From: Candidatus Marinacidobacterium sp. | GTDB lineage: Bacteria > Acidobacteriota > Vicinamibacteria > Marinacidobacterales > Marinacidobacteraceae | Length of the DNA stretch: 64,000 nucleotides | NCBI GenBank assembly: GCA_965220965.1 | Contig: OZ244852.1 | Coordinates: 1,664,001-1,728,000, forward strand | Direction of reading: 5' to 3' | Shown here: positions 58,575 to 64,000 of the stretch, piece after piece | Layout of the letters: every line of letters begins with the position of its first letter | How positions within the stretch are numbered: the first letter of the stretch is position 1 | Translations under genes and position numbers: made by a program | The notes under the pieces: generated by a model | Seen by the model: the letters and a program-made list of their open reading frames with translations, nothing else | Database searches by the model: none | Told to the model about the DNA's origin: nothing

Positions 58575-60341
58575 ATGTCAGGGGGGCTCGAGCTTTCGGA
58601 TCGCGACCGGCGCCGGCTCGCCGGCGACGAAGGGGCGGCGGTCCGCCTCGCGATGCAGGTCGTCGCGCGGATGGCGAAGGTCCGGCGCGCGCCGCGCCTG
58701 CTGGACATCGAGGGCGCCCACATCGACAGCACGATCTACGTAGGGGACGCCGGGCTCGAGTTCGCGGAGCGCCTCGCCGGCCTGGGGGCGCGGGTCGCCG
58801 TCCCCTCCACCCTGAACGTCAGCGGGGTGGACGAGTTCCACTGGCGGGAGTGGGCCGTCCCCTCCGAATGGGCGGAGAAGGCGTCGCGCCAGATGCGGGC
58901 CTACGCCTCGATGGGGACGATCCCCACGTGGACGTGCGCGCCCTACCAGACCGAGCACCTGCCCCGTTTCGGACAGCAGATCGCCTGGGGCGAGTCGAAC
59001 GCGGTGGCGTTCGCCAACTCGGTGCTGGGGGCGCGGACCGAGCGCTATCCCGACCTGCTGGATGTGTGCTGCGCCGTCACCGGCCGCGTCCCCGCGGCGG
59101 GGCTCCACCTCGACGAAAACCGTCTGGCGCGGCGCGAACTGCGCCTCGCCGGCGTCCCGGAGGCGCTGGCGGGCGCCGACGACTTCTACCCGGTGCTGGG
59201 CCACCTTCTGGGACCGTGGGCCGAGGACGAACCGGCCGCCATCACCGGGCTGCCGGTGGTCCCCGACGCCGATCAGTTGAAGGCGCTGGGGGCGGCGGCG
59301 GCTTCCTCGGGGGCGGTCGCGCTGTTCCACATCCCCGGGGTGACGCCGGAGGCCCCGACCCTCGCGGACGCCTTCGGGGGGCGGCCGCCCCGCGAAGTGC
59401 GCCGGGTGGGGGTCTCCGAACTGGCCGCGGCGCGCGGCGAGCTGACGACGCGGGGCGAGGGCCCCCTCGACCTCGTGGTGCTGGGGAGCCCGCACTTCTC
59501 GTTCCAGGAGATGGAGAAGCTGGCGCAGACGCTCCGAGAGCGCGGCGGGACCGCCCGCTGTCCCTTCCTCGTGACGACGAGCCGGGCGGTCCGGGACCTT
59601 GCGGAGCGGGCGGGTCTCCTCGAGCCGCTTCGCGCCTTCGGCGGCCAGGTGACGGTGGACACCTGCATCCTCGCTACCCCGATGCTGCCGGAGGACGGGG
59701 GCCGGCGGCTCATGACGAACTCGGCGAAATACGCGTGGTACTCCCCCGGCCTGCTGGACGCGGAGGTCGCCTACGGGAGCCTCGGGGAGTGCGTGGCCTC
59801 GGCGCAGGCGGGGCGGGTCGTCCGCGAGCCGGGGCCGTGGGACGGCGTCAAGGCGGCGGTCCCGCCCGCCCGGTCCGCGGCGAAGGAAGCCTCGCCGGCC
59901 GCCGCCGCGAAACCGGCGACGAGCGTCGGGAGCGTCTCCTGCGAGGTCATCGCCGGGTCCTCAGGTGAGGGAGATGTCCTGTACTCGGCGGAGCCGCTCA
60001 GCTTCTGGGGGGGCTACGAAGCGGAGACCGGACGGGTCATCGACCAGCGCCACCCGCTCGCCGGACAGATCGCGGCCGGGAAGGCGCTCGTCCTGCCGGC
60101 GACGCGGGGATCCTCGACCACGACCGCCGTGCTCCTCGAGGCCATCCGGCGCGGGACGGCGCCCGCCGGGCTGGTGACGCGCGGCCGGGACGCCTTTCTG
60201 GCGCTCGCCTGCGTGGTGGGGACGGAGCTCTACCAGCGCTGCCCGTTCCTGGTCGCCGTGGGGGACGAGGAGTTCCGGGCGCTCGCCGGGTGGAGGGGCC
60301 TCCGCCTGGAAGGGGACCGCCTGCTGCGCCTCGACGCCTGA
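58575..60341 (+). CDS. Aconitase X, fused: DUF521 large domain followed by DUF126 swivel domain
   Basis: AHID, WTCAPY, AWGESNAV, GSPHFS, DTC, TNSAKYAWY; Ala/Pro linker; then LSFWGG...IDQRHPLAG...RGSS. Confidence 0.88.
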   Translation: MSGGLELSDRDRRRLAGDEGAAVRLAMQVVARMAKVRRAPRLLDIEGAHIDSTIYVGDAGLEFAERLAGLGARVAVPSTLNVSGVDEFHWREWAVPSEWAEKASRQMRAYASMGTIPTWTCAPYQTEHLPRFGQQIAWGESNAVAFANSVLGARTERYPDLLDVCCAVTGRVPAAGLHLDENRLARRELRLAGVPEALAGADDFYPVLGHLLGPWAEDEPAAITGLPVVPDADQLKALGAAAASSGAVALFHIPGVTPEAPTLADAFGGRPPREVRRVGVSELAAARGELTTRGEGPLDLVVLGSPHFSFQEMEKLAQTLRERGGTARCPFLVTTSRAVRDLAERAGLLEPLRAFGGQVTVDTCILATPMLPEDGGRRLMTNSAKYAWYSPGLLDAEVAYGSLGECVASAQAGRVVREPGPWDGVKAAVPPARSAAKEASPAAAAKPATSVGSVSCEVIAGSSGEGDVLYSAEPLSFWGGYEAETGRVIDQRHPLAGQIAAGKALVLPATRGSSTTTAVLLEAIRRGTAPAGLVTRGRDAFLALACVVGTELYQRCPFLVAVGDEEFRALAGWRGLRLEGDRLLRLDA

Positions 60342-60342
60342 G

Positions 60343-61797
60343 CTAACGATCCGTCCCGGCGCGGCGCCAGACCCAGCGGTTCACCGCGAGGCAGAGGAGG
60401 ATCAGGAGCCCGACCTGCATCAGCACCGTGCCGACGGTGAACTCGCCGAAGGGATCCCACCAGGTGGTGTTCGAGGAGATCGCGGCCTGCCACATCCACC
60501 ACAGGATGAGCGCGGTGAACTCGAGCGGGATGACCCAGGTGATCAGCCGCTCGAACCAGGGACCAACCCGCCACTCCTCTTCCGGACCCAGCAACTGCTC
60601 CTCGCGGAAGCGGCGCGCGCCTCGGCGGATCACCGTGATCGCGATGAACAGGCCGGAGACCAGAAGCGCCACCCCCCACGCCGCGTCCTGGTTGCGGAAG
60701 AAGCCGAGCGCGATCGCCGAAGGCAGCCCGAGGACGAAGCACACCGAGCCCACCAGCGGGACGGCGCGTTTCCGGGGGACGCCCAGATCCATGACCATCC
60801 GGTTCACCAGCTCGAGCTGGGTCAGCAGCGAGGACAGCGCGGCGCAGAAGAGGGTGAGGAAGAAGAGCGGCATGAGCACCGCTCCGCCCGGCATCGCGGC
60901 GAAGAGCTGCGGCAGCCAGAGGAAGGTCAGCCCCTCGTTGCTGGAGGAGAGCGCGGCGTTCGTATCGGCGGTCGAGGTGCTCAGCGCGAACACGGTGCAA
61001 AGCACCGCGATCCCGGCGAGAAGCGAGGCGAAGTTGTTCGCGACCGCGGCGGTGACGGCGGTCCTCACGAATCCCTGGCCCCGGGCGACGTACGCGCCGA
61101 GCACGGTGACCAGGCCCCACCCGGCGCCGGTGCTCCACGCGGTCTGGGTCAGCGCGGCGAGCCAGATGCGGTAGTCCGCGAGCGCCGCGAAGTCCGGGAC
61201 GAAGAGGAAGGCCAGACCTTCGGCGGCGCCGGGGAGGGTGATCGCGCGAACCGCGGCGACCAGGAGCAGGACGAAGAGCGCCGGGATGAGGATCCGGTTG
61301 GCGCGCTCCAGCCCGCCGACCACGCCCCGGTACATGACGAAGCAGCCGACGAGCAGCGCGACCCCGTGGAACAGGATCGGCTCCCGGCCGGTGGTGAAGC
61401 CCTCCCAGAACGCCTGCGCGTCCACCCCCGAGAGCTGGCCGAAGGACGAGGCGACCAGGTACTTCAGCGTCCACCCGGTCACCACCGAGTAGTAGAAGGT
61501 GATCGCGCAGGTCACCAGCCCGACGAACAGGCCCATCCAGTTGTGCCGGGGCTCGGTGGCCGCGCCGACGGCCGCCGCCGGGCCGCGGCGCGAGCTCTTG
61601 CCGAGCGCGAACTCGGCCAGCAGGAGCGGGATGCCCCACAGGAACAGGAACAGGATCCAGGGGATCAGGAACTCGCCGCCGCCGTTCTGGGCGACGATCC
61701 GGGGGAAGCGCCAGATGTTGCCGGTGCCGACCGCCATCCCGACGGTGGCGAGCAGCACGCCCCAGCTCGAGGTGAAGCGTTCCTTGGTGTGTTCCAT
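60343..61797 (-). CDS. Sodium-dependent transporter (NSS/SNF family)
   Basis: GMAVGTGNIWRFP, NGGGEFLIP, GIPLLLAE, GLTFLWLP. Confidence 0.92.
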   Translation of the reverse strand: MEHTKERFTSSWGVLLATVGMAVGTGNIWRFPRIVAQNGGGEFLIPWILFLFLWGIPLLLAEFALGKSSRRGPAAAVGAATEPRHNWMGLFVGLVTCAITFYYSVVTGWTLKYLVASSFGQLSGVDAQAFWEGFTTGREPILFHGVALLVGCFVMYRGVVGGLERANRILIPALFVLLLVAAVRAITLPGAAEGLAFLFVPDFAALADYRIWLAALTQTAWSTGAGWGLVTVLGAYVARGQGFVRTAVTAAVANNFASLLAGIAVLCTVFALSTSTADTNAALSSSNEGLTFLWLPQLFAAMPGGAVLMPLFFLTLFCAALSSLLTQLELVNRMVMDLGVPRKRAVPLVGSVCFVLGLPSAIALGFFRNQDAAWGVALLVSGLFIAITVIRRGARRFREEQLLGPEEEWRVGPWFERLITWVIPLEFTALILWWMWQAAISSNTTWWDPFGEFTVGTVLMQVGLLILLCLAVNRWVWRRAGTDR

Positions 61798-61832
61798 TCC
61801 CGGTCTCCCCTGCCCCCTCCCGCTGAAGGTTC

Positions 61833-62816
61833 CTATTCGGCGTCCTGGAGCCGCATCGGCGTTCCGAGGCCCCGCTCCACCGCGCGCTCGTAGATGAACG
61901 CGGCGCACGCCACGTCCTCGATCGCCACCCCGACCGACTTGAAGAGCGTGATGTCCTCGTCGCTTTCGCGGCCGGGCTTCCGGCCGGCGACGATGTCGCC
62001 GAGTTCGGCGTGGATCGCGTCCTCGGCGAAGTCGCCGTCCCGGATCGCCGCCATGAGATCGCCGGCCTCGCCCAGAACCTGATCCCGGAAGTCGAGACAG
62101 ACTCTCGACCGGCGGAAGACCTCGGCCTCGACCTCGCGCTTCACCGGCGCGTTCGCGCCCACCGAATTCAGGTGGACGCCGGGCGAAAGCCATTCGGCGC
62201 GGACCACCGGGGTCTTCGTCGTGGTCGCGGCGCAGACGATGTCGAGCCCGGCGACCGCTTCCTCGGCGGTCTCCACCGCGCGGGCGTCGAGCCCCTCGGC
62301 CCGCAGCGTCGCGGCGTAACGCTCGGCCGCCTCGGGAACGACGTCGTGGATCCGGGCCGTTTCGATCTTCCGCACTTCCCGGACGGCGGCCGCCTGGTTC
62401 CGCCCCTGGAAGCCGGCCCCGATGAGCCCCAGGCTCGTGGCGTCCTTCCGGGCGAGGAACCGGGTGGCCACTCCACTGGCGGCGCCGGTGCGGGTCCCGG
62501 TGATGTGGGTTCCCGGCATGACCGCCCGGAGCGCCCCGGTCTCGGTATCGAAGTAGAGCAGGGCGAAGTAGGTCCCCTCCGGGTCGCGCTTGCCGGGCGT
62601 GCCGGTCAGGGTCTTGAGACCGAAACCGCCCATGTCGGGGATCACCGCCGCCATGATGCGGAAGTTGCCGGCCACCCCGGTGAGCGGCATGACGAGCCGG
62701 GGCGCGAGTTGCGTGCGGCCCTCGGCGTGAAGCCGGAACGAGGTCTCCAGAAGATCGACCGCGTCCCCCATCGAGAGTACGGAAGCGACCTCCCGCTCCG
62801 TGAGGATGAGCGCCAT
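61833..62816 (-). CDS. Ornithine cyclodeaminase/mu-crystallin family protein (imine reductase-like)
   Basis: TGTRTGAASGVA, IGAGFQG, HLNSVGA, FKSVGVAIED. Confidence 0.9.
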   Translation of the reverse strand: MALILTEREVASVLSMGDAVDLLETSFRLHAEGRTQLAPRLVMPLTGVAGNFRIMAAVIPDMGGFGLKTLTGTPGKRDPEGTYFALLYFDTETGALRAVMPGTHITGTRTGAASGVATRFLARKDATSLGLIGAGFQGRNQAAAVREVRKIETARIHDVVPEAAERYAATLRAEGLDARAVETAEEAVAGLDIVCAATTTKTPVVRAEWLSPGVHLNSVGANAPVKREVEAEVFRRSRVCLDFRDQVLGEAGDLMAAIRDGDFAEDAIHAELGDIVAGRKPGRESDEDITLFKSVGVAIEDVACAAFIYERAVERGLGTPMRLQDAE

Positions 62817-62829
62817 AGGCCGCGCGAGT

Positions 62830-63768
62830 CTACCGGCCCTCGGGGCGGCGCGCCGCCATCCGGGTGAAGACGGCGCGGGTCACGTGACGGAGCATTTCGG
62901 GGTTCTTCCGGAGGCGGCGGAGCGAGTACGGAAGCCAGTCCGGGCCGAAGGGAACCCCGACCCGGACCGGGTGGCCGGCGTCGCGGACGATCTGGCGGAG
63001 GTCGGGCCGCACGCCGTGGAGCATCTGGAACTCGTAGTCCTCCGGCGTTTTCCCGCGCTCGTCGAGGATGCGGATCGCGTGGAAGATGAGCCACTCGTCG
63101 TGGGTCGCGATGGCGACCCGCGCCCCGCCCTCGAGCAGCTCGCGGAGGAGCTGAAGGAAGCTGTCCCGGATGATCGCGGGATCGGTCCAGGCGATGTCGT
63201 GGGGCTCCAGGTAAACGCCCTTGCACAGGCGCGCGTTGAGCCGGACAGCGCCCTGCCCGCGCAGCAGCGAGCGGACATCGGCGAGGCTCCGGCGCATCCG
63301 GGCCTGGATCACCACCCCGAATTCGGCGCTGCTGGCGCGGAGCTCGTCGTAGAGCGCGAGGGTGGCGCTGATCTGCGGACTGTCCTCCATGTCCATCCGG
63401 ACGAACGTGCGGCCCCGGCGGGCGGCGCGCTCCAGGATGCGGGCCACCTGGTCACGGCAAAAGCCCGGGTCGATCAGAAGACCGAGCTGGGTCAGCTTGA
63501 CGTGGATGTAGGCGTCGAGGTCCCGGCCGTGGATCTCGTCGAGGACTTCGAGATAGACCGAAGTCGCCGCCTCGGCCTCCGCCCGCTCCTCGACGAACTC
63601 GCCGAGCTGGCTCACCGCCACCCGGAAGCCGCGCCGGTTCAGCCGTTCGGTCTCGGCGATCAGGTCCGCGACCGTCTCGCCCGCGATGTAGGGGCCGGCG
63701 AACCGCCGGACCAGCGGCTTCGGCAGCAGCGGCAGCGAAGCGCCGATCAGCCGGTTCAGGAGAGGCAA
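62830..63768 (-). CDS. Monofunctional proline dehydrogenase
   Basis: YIAGET, KLTQLG, DMEDS, RLCKGVY, ATHD, EFQMLHG, PFGPDWLPYSLRRL. Confidence 0.9.
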   Translation of the reverse strand: MPLLNRLIGASLPLLPKPLVRRFAGPYIAGETVADLIAETERLNRRGFRVAVSQLGEFVEERAEAEAATSVYLEVLDEIHGRDLDAYIHVKLTQLGLLIDPGFCRDQVARILERAARRGRTFVRMDMEDSPQISATLALYDELRASSAEFGVVIQARMRRSLADVRSLLRGQGAVRLNARLCKGVYLEPHDIAWTDPAIIRDSFLQLLRELLEGGARVAIATHDEWLIFHAIRILDERGKTPEDYEFQMLHGVRPDLRQIVRDAGHPVRVGVPFGPDWLPYSLRRLRKNPEMLRHVTRAVFTRMAARRPEGR

Positions 63769-63779
63769 CGCCGTCGGTC

Positions 63780-63998
63780 TCAGAGACCGAAGTGCGCGAG
63801 GATCCGGTCGAGCGACTCGCGGGTCGCCGCGTCGAGCCCGGCGGCCGGCGCGCGGATCGCCTCCGGATGCGCCAGCGCGCCGCGCCGGTGGAGCATCTCC
63901 TTCCGGATCGCCATCCCGATCGCCTGCTGGAACTCGAACCGCATGACCGGGGCGTAGCGGTAGAAGACCTCCGCAGCGCCCTCCCGGTCGCCCGCGTC
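63780..63998 (-). CDS. C-terminus of a DapA/DHDPS-like aldolase family protein (5' beyond window)
   Basis: ...AAEVFYRYAPVMRFEFQQAIGMAIRKEMLHRRGALAHPEAIRAPAAGLD... resembles DapA-family C-termini; partial. Confidence 0.55.
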   Translation of the reverse strand, partial: DAGDREGAAEVFYRYAPVMRFEFQQAIGMAIRKEMLHRRGALAHPEAIRAPAAGLDAATRESLDRILAHFGL

Positions 63999-64000
63999 CC

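Overview
A very GC-rich bacterial chromosomal window. The gene content suggests a diderm, possibly Acidobacteriota or a host-associated lineage; this is inference only. Most long ORFs in the six-frame track are shadow frames. The left end (1-5.1 kb) is a defence/toxin-type islet: the end of an AAA/DUF3696-like gene, a PIN nuclease, three tandem Fic genes (the first with a degenerate active site) and a HEPN-like remnant. Next come a divergent EgtB-like gene, acyl-CoA enzymes, a PQQ dehydrogenase and a lower-GC stand-alone OLD nuclease. The core-genome block contains brxA/B, tmk, holB, a radical SAM gene, a zinc-ribbon protein, tRNA-Ile2(CAT), rpoD, dnaG, larB, glycosyltransferases, greA, nfeD/SPFH, a SPOR protein, prfB (+1 frameshift), gcvT/H, rnpB, an epimerase and an M23 peptidase. 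Highlights: (i) an exported peroxiredoxin whose catalytic codon is an in-frame UGA followed by a SECIS-like hairpin; (ii) a ~2.0 kb cassette of tandem, length-variable membrane-anchored coiled-coil genes, one broken by a 200-bp MITE, flanked by ~195-bp direct repeats that duplicate the 3' ends of both convergent neighbour genes; (iii) an aconitase X fused in reverse domain order beside a proline/hydroxyproline-type cluster; (iv) the Fic pseudo-enzyme/enzyme pair with palindrome-rich spacer DNA. No CRISPR array, rRNA or intact transposase was seen.
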